This document shows, piece after piece, positions 25,517 to 35,834 of a stretch of DNA of 64,000 bases. A model generated the notes under the pieces. It did not search any database. It was not told where the DNA came from and saw only the letters and a list, made by a program, of their open reading frames with translations. Both the position numbers and the translations under genes were made by a program. This DNA comes from Candidatus Aenigmatarchaeota archaeon (lineage in GTDB: Archaea > Aenigmatarchaeota > Aenigmatarchaeia > CG10238-14 > SpSt-28): assembly GCA_032249395.1 (NCBI GenBank), contig JAVVFY010000002.1:1-64000 (forward strand). Direction: 5' to 3'. Position 1 is the stretch's first letter, and every line of letters begins with the position of its first letter.

Positions 25517-26545
25517 TTAAATTTTTCTTCTAATTCTCCTCAAAAGCTCTATGTTATCGCAAGCCCTCTTAACGTGACAACCTTTGCAAACTCTTTCTAC
25601 GTAATTTGGTAGCTTACTTTTTGGGGGAATTTTTCCAGTAGAATAAAAAATTTCTATTTTTCTCTTTAATTTAAAGAATTCTCTTTTTAATTTCTCATTT
25701 ATTTCTACTCTAACTAGAGAATTCGTCTGAAAGTAGACTATGTAAGAATATTTAACCTCCTTTCTAAAATAATTACTTAATAATATACTTTCTCCTATTG
25801 CTTGAAGTAAATGCTCTTTTTTAATTCTACCTTTAAACTCAGCATATTTAATTTCGATTGGAACTAAATCATCATTTTTAAACCCTATAACGTCTATAGA
25901 ACCAATGACACCATCTTTTATTGATTCTATAGTTTTTTCTGAATATATTTTAATGAAGTTCTCCTCTTTTATCAGTTCTAAAAATCTCTTAAGAAATTCC
26001 TCTAATGTCTTTTTTTCAATTTGTATTAAGCCTTCATACTTTTTTAAAACTTGTTCTACAGATTTTGATATCAAAAAATTTTCGTCTTTTTCTACACTCA
26101 TGTTATCTAACATTAATTTCAATGCAAAATGAACGGCTTCTCCATCCCAAACTTTCCCTATTTTCTCTTTTTCCTGTCTTGAGAGAACAATCTTCTCTAA
26201 CCATAATCTTCTTGGACACTGATAAAACTTAGCAACTTCTAGTGGAGTAATAAAAACCTTTTTAATTCTTCTTATTCTACCTATAAATCTATTCTTTAAA
26301 TCTGAAATGATATCATCTGGAATTTTACCAATTTTAACAATTCCTTTCCTGCTTTCTATTAGTTTTCTAGAAGAAAGTTCTTGCAAAATCAAAAATAGAT
26401 AGTCAGAGGATACTATACTGTTTTCAAAACAAATCATTATAATATCATCTATCTTCAACTCTTTTCCTTCATTTCTTCTTAATATATCAATTATTTTATC
26501 GAATACATTCTCTTCAATCACTAATTCTAACCTAATAAAAATCAC
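25517..26545 (-). CDS. solo Cas4-like Fe-S nuclease with N-terminal wHTH-like extension
   Basis: YQCPRR, GEAVH, GSID, IEIK, C-terminal CKGCHVKRAC; ~90-aa N-terminal helical/wing domain. Confidence 0.8.
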   Translation of the reverse strand: MIFIRLELVIEENVFDKIIDILRRNEGKELKIDDIIMICFENSIVSSDYLFLILQELSSRKLIESRKGIVKIGKIPDDIISDLKNRFIGRIRRIKKVFITPLEVAKFYQCPRRLWLEKIVLSRQEKEKIGKVWDGEAVHFALKLMLDNMSVEKDENFLISKSVEQVLKKYEGLIQIEKKTLEEFLKRFLELIKEENFIKIYSEKTIESIKDGVIGSIDVIGFKNDDLVPIEIKYAEFKGRIKKEHLLQAIGESILLSNYFRKEVKYSYIVYFQTNSLVRVEINEKLKREFFKLKRKIEIFYSTGKIPPKSKLPNYVERVCKGCHVKRACDNIELLRRIRRKI

Positions 26546-26553
26546 CGCTTAGA

Positions 26554-26715
26554 TTATTGCATCTTTTTTATCCACTTTAACTTTTCTTTTTTCCTTCCCA
26601 TAAGATAGTATCTTTCGCACTTTCGGGAACAAAAGTATAGTATCTCTCCTTTAGTTCTTACAAAAATTTTCCCTGTACCTGGTCTTATTTCTGAATTACA
26701 AAAACTACATATCAT
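26554..26715 (-). CDS. rpl24e: ribosomal protein eL24 (not in ORF track)
   Basis: [19 protein letters not shown]...FCSRKC...LKW. Confidence 0.95.
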   Translation of the reverse strand: MICSFCNSEIRPGTGKIFVRTKGEILYFCSRKCERYYLMGRKKEKLKWIKKMQ

Positions 26716-26719
26716 AAGA

Positions 26720-26926
26720 TTACCTTTGTTCCAACTTTAAAGCTACCTCCATTTCTATTTCTCTTAACATTAATATATCTCCAACTCTAACTGGACCAAC
26801 AACATTTCTTATCAAAATCTTCCCGACTTCAGGACCTTCTATCAATCTACATCTAACTTGTTTAACACCTTTTACTCCTGAAGCTTCCAGAACTTCTATC
26901 ACTTCGGCTGCGTAAGCATCTTTCAT
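26720..26926 (-). CDS. rps28e: ribosomal protein eS28
   Basis: [16 protein letters not shown]7Ae-S28e-L24e order. Confidence 0.95.
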   Translation of the reverse strand: MKDAYAAEVIEVLEASGVKGVKQVRCRLIEGPEVGKILIRNVVGPVRVGDILMLREIEMEVALKLEQR

Positions 26927-26939
26927 TCAAATCACTTCT

Positions 26940-27362
26940 TTATTTCCTTATTTCCTTTATTTCTCTTATAATATCTTCCAATAATTTAGAATATTCTCCT
27001 GCATCTATTATAGCAACAGTAGCTGCAGATACTTCAATCCCTGATGCTTTTCCAAGTTCAAGTTTAGATGGAACATATGTATAAGGAACCCCCTTTTCTT
27101 CGCATAAAGGAGGCAGATGCATAACTATTTCCTCTGGCTCAACATCCATAGCGATAACAACAAGCTTCGCTTTTCCCCTATCTACTGCTTTAGTAACTTC
27201 ATTAGTACCTCTTCTAATCATTTTTTCCTCCAACGTCTTTCCCTCTTTTTTTAATGCCTCCTCTTTATTTTTTTGTAACGCAGCAACAGATTCTACCAAC
27301 TTCAAAGTTTTCTTAATTAATTCTTCTGTTGGCTCAAACTTCACATATGCTTTCTTCTCCAT
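26940..27362 (-). CDS. rpl7ae: ribosomal protein eL8/L7Ae
   Basis: [28 protein letters not shown]. Confidence 0.96.
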   Translation of the reverse strand: MEKKAYVKFEPTEELIKKTLKLVESVAALQKNKEEALKKEGKTLEEKMIRRGTNEVTKAVDRGKAKLVVIAMDVEPEEIVMHLPPLCEEKGVPYTYVPSKLELGKASGIEVSAATVAIIDAGEYSKLLEDIIREIKEIRK

Positions 27363-27672
27363 TCACATCGCCCCCTCTTTATTAATTTTTTAAATACCTT
27401 TAAATTTAAAGCCCAATCTAACTTCAGTTTTTTTAAATATAAATAATTTCATGGTATTAAAACATATAAATATCTAAAAAGGCGAAAAAGTATTAATCCA
27501 AAAAGAAAAGAATATTACAACCAGTACAACTTTAAGTTCTCTTTAAATTAACTTTGTCTTTTTATTTTGGATAATGAAGCAGACATCGTACTCAATGGGT
27601 ATAAACCAAGAATACATAGAAAGGAAGATTTATTAAAAAACTAAACATAGCGAAATGCGTCCACAAAGTAAA

Positions 27673-29334
27673 TTATTTATGTGCAAAGTAAAAAGTAAAA
27701 GTCTTTTTATCGTCTAGTCTACAAAAGCCAATCCTATAAAATTGAACTATATCTCCCTCTTTTAATTCCTTAATTCCTCCTTCAGCTATAGCTTCTTTCT
27801 CTTTTCCATTTGGCATAACTATTATTATATTGACATTTGGTGACGATACCCAATGTATTTTTGGTATTTCTTGAGTTACTTCTTCGCTAATAAACTTAGA
27901 TACCTCCTCTAATTTTATAGTACACATTCCTATTAAACCAACAATGCTTCCTTTCAATTTTTCAAAATCCTCTTTTTCTACGTATATTTCTTTTGGGTTG
28001 ACTAATATTTCTCTTACTCCTCTGTCCAAAAAGTCTGGATGACGTCTAATAGAAATTTTTTCTATAGGATAATCAAGTTCTATTCTGAAAGGATTCAAAA
28101 CTGCGAAGTATCTGTTGGCAATTTTATCAACAATTTTTCTATTTTCAGAGTATAGTATTTCTATTGGCATTGTGATATCGGCTTCGCTCAATCCTAACTT
28201 TAAAATAAAATTCCTTATAGCCTCCGGTTGGAATCCTCTCTTTCTTAAGGATTGTAAACTCCATGTTCTAGGATCGTCCCACCCTTTTATTTCTCCTTTC
28301 TCGATCATTTTCCTAGTTTTTGATTTACTAAGCTTAGCACCCTCCTCCTTAAGTTTTAATAAACCATAGTGAATAAATTTTGCTTTTCTCCAACCAAAAA
28401 TGTTCCAAATGTATTCTTGCATCATATCCTCTATTACGAGCTCCTTTCCTCTCAATATATGAGTAGTTCCAATAAGATAATCATCTATTGCCCAAGAAAA
28501 TTCCAACATAGGCCAAACTCTATATTTTCTCCCAACTCTTGGATGTTCCCTCTCGCTAATTCTAAGCAAAACTCTATCCCTAAATGCTGGATTAGGATGC
28601 TTCATATCAGTTTTTAATCTAACCACCGCTTTTCCTTCTTCTATCTTTCCTTCTAACATTTGTTTAAATAATTCTAAGTTTTCTTCTACGGTTCTTTTTC
28701 TACATAAACATTCAATACCTAATCTTCTATTCTTTTTTATTTCATCTTTACTGCAAGTACAAACATAGGCTTTTCCAATTTTTATTAACTCCTCCGCATA
28801 TTTATAGTAAATCTCAAGTCTGTCAGATTTATACATAACTTCATGATATTCTACACCAAGCCAATCTAAACCATCTTTTATAAGTTCATACGCTTCCTTA
28901 TCTATAGGCTTCTCTTCGCTTCCAATAGTATCGTCATAAAATAAAATGAGCTTCCCACCATATCTTTTAACATAATAGTCGTTAAGTATTGCCATTCTTG
29001 CGTTTCCTATATGAAGAGGTCCGGAAGGAAAAGGAGCCAACCTCATTATAACCTTTCCGTATTCTGCTGACTCTAATTCTGGCAAAATTTCCTTCTTTTC
29101 TTCTTTTTTAACTTCATGAATACCTAATTCAAAAATCTTCTTTTCTATTTCGCTAGTAGACATAGAATTTACTTCAGTAACAACATCCTTAACAATCTCT
29201 ATTAAATCCTTAATTTTTCCCTTAGCATCCGGCACCTCTGCCAAAATCTTTTTTATTACTGCATCCTGACTAGCTTTCCCATATTTTTTTGCATTTAGCA
29301 AAGAATATTTTAGTGCTATCTCCCTCAAATCCAT
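27673..29334 (-). CDS. gltX: glutamyl-tRNA synthetase
   Basis: PSGPLHIGN, YVCTC, LSKS, WDDPR. Confidence 0.96.
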   Translation of the reverse strand: MDLREIALKYSLLNAKKYGKASQDAVIKKILAEVPDAKGKIKDLIEIVKDVVTEVNSMSTSEIEKKIFELGIHEVKKEEKKEILPELESAEYGKVIMRLAPFPSGPLHIGNARMAILNDYYVKRYGGKLILFYDDTIGSEEKPIDKEAYELIKDGLDWLGVEYHEVMYKSDRLEIYYKYAEELIKIGKAYVCTCSKDEIKKNRRLGIECLCRKRTVEENLELFKQMLEGKIEEGKAVVRLKTDMKHPNPAFRDRVLLRISEREHPRVGRKYRVWPMLEFSWAIDDYLIGTTHILRGKELVIEDMMQEYIWNIFGWRKAKFIHYGLLKLKEEGAKLSKSKTRKMIEKGEIKGWDDPRTWSLQSLRKRGFQPEAIRNFILKLGLSEADITMPIEILYSENRKIVDKIANRYFAVLNPFRIELDYPIEKISIRRHPDFLDRGVREILVNPKEIYVEKEDFEKLKGSIVGLIGMCTIKLEEVSKFISEEVTQEIPKIHWVSSPNVNIIIVMPNGKEKEAIAEGGIKELKEGDIVQFYRIGFCRLDDKKTFTFYFAHK

Positions 29335-29384
29335 AAAAATCTTAAAATTGAATAATATTTAAATAACAATACATAAAGTCCTAT

Positions 29385-29666
29385 ATGGGAAGCGATAAAC
29401 CATTAACTTATTTTCTGCATGTGAAACCAATCAAAATTCTACTTGCCTTAAGAAATGGACCAAAATATGTAGCAAGAATAGCAAAAGAGGCAGATATAAC
29501 TTATTCTCATGCAATAAAGTTATTAGACATTTTTAATGAGTTAGGTCTAGTAGAATTCGAAGAAAAAGGAAGAATAAAAATGGTTAAACTAACACTTTCA
29601 GGAGAAGAAATTGCAAGAGCTTGTGAGAATTTGGTTTCAAAGCTTTCTAAGTTGAAAAAATCTTAA
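29385..29666 (+). CDS. winged-HTH protein
   Basis: IAKEADITYSH..KLL..F...GLV....GR...V.LT..G. Confidence 0.85.
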   Translation: MGSDKPLTYFLHVKPIKILLALRNGPKYVARIAKEADITYSHAIKLLDIFNELGLVEFEEKGRIKMVKLTLSGEEIARACENLVSKLSKLKKS

Positions 29667-29668
29667 AA

Positions 29669-30592
29669 TTATTCTAAAATAGTTACGTGTTTCATTCCCT
29701 TAGAATACCATTCTCTAAGCTGATCTTCCGTATAAAGCTCGTATTCATTAGCTAAATATCTTGAATGACCTGTTAATCTATCAACTATCGGTGCTGGTAC
29801 ACCACCTGAAATTAATTGAGTTTTGAACCATTTTCTTAAACAATGAGCATGCAACGAATATCTTTTACCAATTTTTTTAGAATATTTTCTAAAAACTCTC
29901 TCTAATAAATAGTGAATATTTTGATAGCTCATAGGCTTACCATCTTCTCTGGCTATAACCGGAGAGTTTTCATTCAATTCTTCACCCAAACTTCTTCTTT
30001 GATTCAAATATTCTTGCAGAAAATTCTTCGCCTCTATGCTAATAAAAGTTATTCTAGACTTTCTCTCCTTAGCTCCAATACCTTTTATTTTAACAGATGG
30101 TATTTCTTTAGACAAGTCAATATCCCCAAGCCTCAAATTATGAAGCTCCCCAATTCTAATTCCTGAAGAAGCAAGAATTGTTATAATGACCTTCATTCTT
30201 AAATCTACTTCCAACAATATTTTCTTTAAATCCTCCTTATTCGGTAAAACATCTTCATGTACATTAAATATTTTTAGTGGAATGTCAACATTAACCGCCA
30301 ATCCATTTGCACTAAAGAATTTCTTTAAAGACGATAACCAAGCTGCTACAGTCTTTGGAGCTAAATTTTTCCCAGCCAAGTAAACACCAAAATCTTTTAC
30401 TATCTCATTTTGATTTTGATTTTTTCTAACTTCTTCAATAAAAGAATCCAAATCTTGGATCTGCTTATAAACAACAAACTTAAGTAGACCTTTTAAATAA
30501 GTTTTTTTAGTGTTCTCACTTCTCGTTAATAAGTTAAGCTCTCCAAGCATTTTTTTAACGCTTTCGAAATTCTCTATATCTTTAATCTTCAT
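29669..30592 (-). CDS. tyrosine recombinase/integrase
   Basis: SGIRIGEL (R), HCLR (HxxR), LTGH, downstream Tyr; N-terminal SAM-like domain. Confidence 0.9.
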   Translation of the reverse strand: MKIKDIENFESVKKMLGELNLLTRSENTKKTYLKGLLKFVVYKQIQDLDSFIEEVRKNQNQNEIVKDFGVYLAGKNLAPKTVAAWLSSLKKFFSANGLAVNVDIPLKIFNVHEDVLPNKEDLKKILLEVDLRMKVIITILASSGIRIGELHNLRLGDIDLSKEIPSVKIKGIGAKERKSRITFISIEAKNFLQEYLNQRRSLGEELNENSPVIAREDGKPMSYQNIHYLLERVFRKYSKKIGKRYSLHAHCLRKWFKTQLISGGVPAPIVDRLTGHSRYLANEYELYTEDQLREWYSKGMKHVTILE

Positions 30593-30610
30593 TAAAATTA
30601 TAAAAATTTT

Positions 30611-30799
30611 CTATTTTTTAACTTTGATTGCATTAACTGGACACATATTTGCAACTTCTTTTATTTTCTCCAAATGAGCTCCATCTTCATTTCTTACTAT
30701 TGCTTTACCATCGTCTTCCATCTCAAAAACTTCTGGCAACATAGATGCACACAAACCACAACCTATGCAAATATCTTTATCTACCCACACTTTTGGCAT
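30611..30799 (-). CDS. 4Fe-4S ferredoxin
   Basis: CIGCGLC...CPVNAI. Confidence 0.93.
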   Translation of the reverse strand: MPKVWVDKDICIGCGLCASMLPEVFEMEDDGKAIVRNEDGAHLEKIKEVANMCPVNAIKVKK

Positions 30800-30842
30800 A
30801 AATATCCCCTTATTAAGATTATTTGCTAAATATTTAAGGCAA

Positions 30843-31697
30843 TCAATATCTTATTACTTTCTTTATAACTTCTGGAATAAATTCAATCAAATCTGTTGGC
30901 AGAATTCCTTCGCTTAACTTTTTAGAAGCTAGCTCACCGGCTTTACCATTAACAAAAGCTGCAGCACATGCAGCAGTAAAATTATCTACTTTTCTAGCTA
31001 AATAAGCAGCAAGAATTCCAGCCAAAGTATTACCAAAACCAGCCTTTGTCATTGTTGTTGAACCAGAAGTATTTATAGCAACTCTAGTACCATCAGAAAT
31101 AACATCAAAATGACCCTTTAATAAAACTGTTACTGAATATTCTTTTGCAAAATTTTTGACAGCATTTATTCTTTCATTCAAATCATTACTAACTTTTATC
31201 CCACTTAAAACAAAAAATTCGTAAGAATGTGGAGTCAAAACAAAATTTTTTCCTCTTAACTCATTTTTGTATTTCGCAAAAGCATATATTGCGTCATCGT
31301 CTATAACTACCGGCTTATCTATTCTCTTTAAGTACTCGAAAATTGCCTCCATAACTTTTTCGTCTCTTGTTAAACCACCACCTACTTCAATAGCATCTCT
31401 TTTATAAGAAATTTTAACAAGCTCTTCTATAACTTCATTCGAAAGAAAATCTCCTTTAAAAGGATGAACCATTAAGTTTGGAGAATAACTTGCTATTATT
31501 TTAGAAGCTTCCTCAGGAGCAGCAATTGTAACCCAATCCACCCCAGCTCTATAAGCAGACAAAGCTACTAAAATTGGTGTTGTTGGATAAAGTTTACTTC
31601 CTCCTATAACCAACAAATTTCCAAAATCATGCTTGCGAGCCCAATCGTCTCTTTTTTTATAAATTTTTTTCAATATACTCCAATCAACTTTTTCCAT
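30843..31697 (-). CDS. nnrD: ADP-dependent NAD(P)HX dehydratase
   Basis: KHDFG.LLVIGGS..Y, LTPH..E, LLKG. Confidence 0.85.
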   Translation of the reverse strand: MEKVDWSILKKIYKKRDDWARKHDFGNLLVIGGSKLYPTTPILVALSAYRAGVDWVTIAAPEEASKIIASYSPNLMVHPFKGDFLSNEVIEELVKISYKRDAIEVGGGLTRDEKVMEAIFEYLKRIDKPVVIDDDAIYAFAKYKNELRGKNFVLTPHSYEFFVLSGIKVSNDLNERINAVKNFAKEYSVTVLLKGHFDVISDGTRVAINTSGSTTMTKAGFGNTLAGILAAYLARKVDNFTAACAAAFVNGKAGELASKKLSEGILPTDLIEFIPEVIKKVIRY

Positions 31698-31773
31698 AAA
31701 AATCTTTTTATTAATTTCTAAAAAAGCTTAAAAACTTTTCTTTTAGTTTTCAAAATAAATAAAAGTGGTGTTT

Positions 31774-32802
31774 ATGGTAAACGTTGCTGTTCATGGAATA
31801 GGAACAATCGGAAAAAGAATTGCTCATGCAGTAAAATTGCAGAAGGACATGAAGTTGAAAGCAATAGTTGGATATTCTCCAGATGCAACAATAAAAACAC
31901 TTTTGGAACCGCATGGCCCACTATATGGCACAGATCTTTATGCAACAAATGAAGAGTCGCTAAAGAAATTCAGAGACGCTAAAATGATTGTCAATGGAAC
32001 TTTAGAAGACCTTTTGAAAAAGGGAGAAATTGATGTAATAATTGATGCAACACCAGAAGGTTTAGGAAAAGAATACAGAGACAAATACTACTCCAAGTAC
32101 AACGTTAAAGCAATATTTCAAGGTGGAGAAGATGCAGATGTTGCAGAGATGACTTTTAATGCAATAGTAAATTATGAAAAAGCTTTTGGAAAAAAATTCA
32201 TTAGAGTTCCCAGTTGCAATACAACAGGTTTAATAAGAACTTTAAGCGCAATCGAAAAGTTTGGAATTGCTTATGTTTTCGTTGCTATTGCGAGAAGAGC
32301 AGCAGATCCTCATGAATATAAAAAAGGTCCAATAAATGCAGTTGAATTTGAGGAGGTACCATCTCATCATGGAGAAGATGTTAGAACAGTTTTAACAAAC
32401 TTAAACATCTTCACAATGGCCATAAAAGTTCCAACTACTCTGGCTCATACTCATATGGTAGAAGCAACACTTATGAAAAAAGTTAGCAAAGAAGATATAA
32501 TAAAAGCATTTGAAGATCAAACAAGAGTTGTTTTGTTAGACATGAAAGAGTATCCAGCTACATCTAAAATTATAGAAAAGTTCAGAGATTATTGCAGGCC
32601 TAGAAATGATATGTATGAAATTGTTGTATTAAGAGATAGCATAAGCGTAGAAGGAAATAAAGTAAGATGGATGCAAGTTGTTCATCAGGAAGCTGATGTT
32701 ATTCCAGAAAACATTGATGCTATAAGAGCTATAACTGGAATAGAAAATGACAAGTGGAAAAGCATAAAAATGACGAATGAAAGTTTAGGAATTCTGAAAT
32801 AA
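31774..32802 (+). CDS. gap: archaeal type II glyceraldehyde-3-phosphate dehydrogenase
   Basis: G.GTIGKR, FQGGE, SCNTTG, PSHHG.D, HQE.DV.PENID. Confidence 0.95.
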   Translation: MVNVAVHGIGTIGKRIAHAVKLQKDMKLKAIVGYSPDATIKTLLEPHGPLYGTDLYATNEESLKKFRDAKMIVNGTLEDLLKKGEIDVIIDATPEGLGKEYRDKYYSKYNVKAIFQGGEDADVAEMTFNAIVNYEKAFGKKFIRVPSCNTTGLIRTLSAIEKFGIAYVFVAIARRAADPHEYKKGPINAVEFEEVPSHHGEDVRTVLTNLNIFTMAIKVPTTLAHTHMVEATLMKKVSKEDIIKAFEDQTRVVLLDMKEYPATSKIIEKFRDYCRPRNDMYEIVVLRDSISVEGNKVRWMQVVHQEADVIPENIDAIRAITGIENDKWKSIKMTNESLGILK

Positions 32803-32844
32803 ACTCTTTTCTTCTTTTCTTTTTAATTTTTCTACTTCTTATAT

Positions 32845-32930
32845 GGGCCCGTAGCCTAGCAAGGATAAGGCGCCGGGCTTCGGAATTAGAGGATACCCGG
32901 AGATCGTGGGTTCAAATCCCACCGGGCCCA
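32845..32930 (+). tRNA. tRNA-Arg(TCG) with 11-nt intron (32884-32894)
   Basis: CCGGG-CT TCG G[aattagaggat]A-CCCGG. Confidence 0.92.
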
Positions 32931-33146
32931 AAATGAGTGCTTATTATTCACCTCTTCTTTTTTAACCTAATTTATAATAGTTTTTCAACTAAAGAGTTTA
33001 AACCAATAGTCTTTTTACAATAGTTATTATTAGATTGGTATTCGTAGCAACAGGATAAACTGCAAAAATACGAAGAAGGTTTGGGAGTTAGAGAAAATTT
33101 CATCCTCTGGAACTAGAACCCTAACGGGCTCAAAATTAAGTTTCTA

Positions 33147-33530
33147 TTATTTCTTCGCTTCCTCTTTTTTCTTTGCTTTTTTCTTTTCTTTCTTTTCTAC
33201 TTTTTCTTCGCTCTCTACTTTTTCTTCCTTAGCCTGCGCTTGTTTCTTTAATTCAGCTGCTGAAGGCAATTTCAATCCAAATTTTTCGACTAAACCGCTA
33301 TTCTTCCATGCTTCTAATAGTTCTTCGTCGCTCACATCTTCTTTTATTTCTAGCTTATATTGCAAAGGTTGTAAATGAATGACGTTTGCTCTTCTTCTTT
33401 TAACTCCAGTTAAAGCCTTTGGTCCGCTTACGATAACAAAATTCTTATCAACTTTTTTAACGACCACGCAATATTTCCCTTTTTCTTTCCCGACAGTTTT
33501 AACACAAACTTGTCCTATCTCCATTTTCAT
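33147..33530 (-). CDS. rpl14e: ribosomal protein eL14
   Basis: EIG.VCVK..G.E.G..CVVV...D.NFV...GP....GVKRRR.N..HL.P. Confidence 0.95.
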   Translation of the reverse strand: MKMEIGQVCVKTVGKEKGKYCVVVKKVDKNFVIVSGPKALTGVKRRRANVIHLQPLQYKLEIKEDVSDEELLEAWKNSGLVEKFGLKLPSAAELKKQAQAKEEKVESEEKVEKKEKKKAKKKEEAKK

Positions 33531-33988
33531 CTAACCCCCAACATTTTATCAATAATAAAAGTTAATACTAAACATAAAATAGCATATACATATATTAAAC
33601 TAACTTTATTTGGAAAAGAAAAAGGTAGATAGACGTAATAGCCAGAATAATTAAACGACACCCAAGAAAAAAATAAAATTCCTATTAATAGCGAAAAGAT
33701 AGCTACTTTAATATTTTCTTTAATTAACTTTATGTTGGCATCTGCAAGTTCTCCCATTAATCTATTAAATTCTTTTTTGTTTTTGTCCTTTAATATATTA
33801 ATTTTCCTACTAATAGCATCTATTTTTTCTTTTATTTCGACAAAGTTTCTATTACTAAAAACTTTTTTCTTGTAAAAAGATGTAATGATGGAAAAAGCAA
33901 GAGAAAGTATTAAAATTTGTATTAAAGGAGGAAATATAGTAATAGGAAATAAAAATATATCTGCTATTTTTGAGATGTAAACTATCAT
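33527..33988 (-). CDS. EMC3/TMCO1/DUF106 family membrane protein
   Basis: TM / coiled coil / 2 TM architecture directly downstream of secY. Confidence 0.75.
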   Translation of the reverse strand: MIVYISKIADIFLFPITIFPPLIQILILSLAFSIITSFYKKKVFSNRNFVEIKEKIDAISRKINILKDKNKKEFNRLMGELADANIKLIKENIKVAIFSLLIGILFFSWVSFNYSGYYVYLPFSFPNKVSLIYVYAILCLVLTFIIDKMLGVR

Positions 33989-35410
33989 TCAACCACCAAA
34001 CAACTTCTTAACGATTTCAGGCATCCCTTCAATATCCTCATTTCTAATAATTTCATAGTAATTATAAATAATCATCACGCTTAACAATAAACCAACCCCA
34101 CCCCCAATAACTCCAAACAAATCACCAATCACAGCTAAACACCCGACAAAAAATCCACCTAAAACTGATAAAGGTGGTATGTACTTGTTTAAAACGTGTT
34201 CTATAACCCTTTGGTCTCTTCTATATCCAGGTATTTGCATACCTATTATTGTCAATTGTTCGGCAACAGATTTGGCATTCATACCACTGGTCTCAACCCA
34301 AATTACAGAAAATATTGTAGTAAGGATAATCATTATAGTTGAATAAATTATAATCCTCATTATTTCTTTACTCGTTATACCTTCTACCATCAAATTAAAA
34401 ATACTTGTTGGAGTGGAAATATAATATGCAAAGCCACTTATAGCATTTCCGTTTTCGTCAAAACATCCTAGTAAGCCACACATTCTGCCATCAATATTAG
34501 TTAACCCAACTCTAGACATTAATTGCAAATTAGCTAGAAAAGCAAAAGCAAAAATAACAGGGATGTTGCTAGTATAAAGGAGTTTTAAACTCCACGTTCT
34601 TCCGAATCCTCTAAATGCGGAAAAAGCCAACGGTATATCAACGCTTATGCCTTGAATAAAAACAACTATTAAAAATAATATGCCGGTAGAAATTATTGGA
34701 AATAGAGCCAGTAATGCATTTTTTGGATTATTGCTATAGAAGTTTATTAACATATCCCAAAATAGTCCTACAGGCAAGTTGGTTGAAGATGGAATGCACA
34801 TAGATATACTACGAATTGAGCATTCAGGTGGGAAAGGCGAAAATATTCTAACGAATATTTGTGTAGATATACCGGCAACTATGAAAAGGCTTATTCCAGA
34901 TCCAAGACCCCATTTGCTTACTAGATCATCCATCAAAATTACTAAAAATCCTCCTAGAGCAATTTGAAAAACAACAAAAGGTAAAAGAAGTGTCGTTGTA
35001 GTTAAAGGACCGAATATTACGTATGCAAATGCCTCTATTACACAGAAGATAAGAGCTAATAACTTCATCCAACTCTGAAACTTTTTTCTTCCTTCGGGCT
35101 TAGTAGTGTCTAAAGGTAGTATTTTTGAGCCAACTAACAACTGAAGAATTATTCCAGCTGTAACTATAGGACCTATTCCCAAAGTCAATAAACTTCCGAA
35201 TCTCGCACCAAGTAAATGCTGGATTGTTAGAAAAAATTGAGCTTGGGGGGTTAGTGCTAGTCCTATAACTGGAACGTATGATAAAAAGATGTATATAAAT
35301 AATGTCACCAATGTCCACTTTAGTTTTTCTTTAAAGCTTAATCTATATAAAGGTGGCGAAACTATAGGAAAATATTTTACTAGTTTTTCAATAGTATTAC
35401 CAATCTGCAT
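33989..35410 (-). CDS. secY: preprotein translocase SecY
   Basis: LGIGPIVTAGII.QLL.G, WG.GSGISLFI, LYTSNIP, QIPGYR. Confidence 0.96.
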   Translation of the reverse strand: MQIGNTIEKLVKYFPIVSPPLYRLSFKEKLKWTLVTLFIYIFLSYVPVIGLALTPQAQFFLTIQHLLGARFGSLLTLGIGPIVTAGIILQLLVGSKILPLDTTKPEGRKKFQSWMKLLALIFCVIEAFAYVIFGPLTTTTLLLPFVVFQIALGGFLVILMDDLVSKWGLGSGISLFIVAGISTQIFVRIFSPFPPECSIRSISMCIPSSTNLPVGLFWDMLINFYSNNPKNALLALFPIISTGILFLIVVFIQGISVDIPLAFSAFRGFGRTWSLKLLYTSNIPVIFAFAFLANLQLMSRVGLTNIDGRMCGLLGCFDENGNAISGFAYYISTPTSIFNLMVEGITSKEIMRIIIYSTIMIILTTIFSVIWVETSGMNAKSVAEQLTIIGMQIPGYRRDQRVIEHVLNKYIPPLSVLGGFFVGCLAVIGDLFGVIGGGVGLLLSVMIIYNYYEIIRNEDIEGMPEIVKKLFGG

Positions 35411-35420
35411 AAATATTCTT

Positions 35421-35834
35421 CTACTTTGCATTAAAATGAGTTATTATAACGTTTCCACCTTTTTCCTTTAGTTTTTCTATGGCCTTTTTAGAAGCTTCTT
35501 TAACTTCTACAATAATAGGATACTCGACGTTTCCTCTCCCCAATAATTTATCATATCCTAATTCATTCAGATTTATCTTCAAGTTTTCTGAGCTTATATT
35601 CTTTTCTTCAATCATTTTTTTTACTAAATCGTTAAGTTCGTCTAAGTTTATTACGGATTTTTCTTTCCTAAGAGGATACTTGAAACCTTTCTCACGCTCC
35701 TTCCATTTCATTTTGTGCTTATGTAAACTAACATTTCCTCTACCACCCCTCGAGCCTCCACCCCTCCACTTAGCATGTCTACCATGGTAAGTTCTTTCGC
35801 CTCTTCTCCTCTTTTTCTCTCTTCTAACTACCAT
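35421..35834 (-). CDS. rpl15: ribosomal protein uL15
   Basis: RG.G.RGGRG, KLLG.G, AS..A.EK....GG. Confidence 0.95.
   Translation of the reverse strand: MVVRREKKRRRGERTYHGRHAKWRGGGSRGGRGNVSLHKHKMKWKEREKGFKYPLRKEKSVINLDELNDLVKKMIEEKNISSENLKINLNELGYDKLLGRGNVEYPIIVEVKEASKKAIEKLKEKGGNVIITHFNAK

Noticed and set aside
12125..26545. CRISPR-Cas system from the Cas2-like and Cas4-like genes
   Set aside because: They are 13 kb apart, with no cas1, no effector and no repeat-spacer array; the 39-bp motif occurs only as two isolated copies.
33037..33131. RNase P RNA or SRP RNA
   Set aside because: Too short; lacks the GAGGAAAGUCC/P4 elements and a correctly ordered SRP helix-8 motif.
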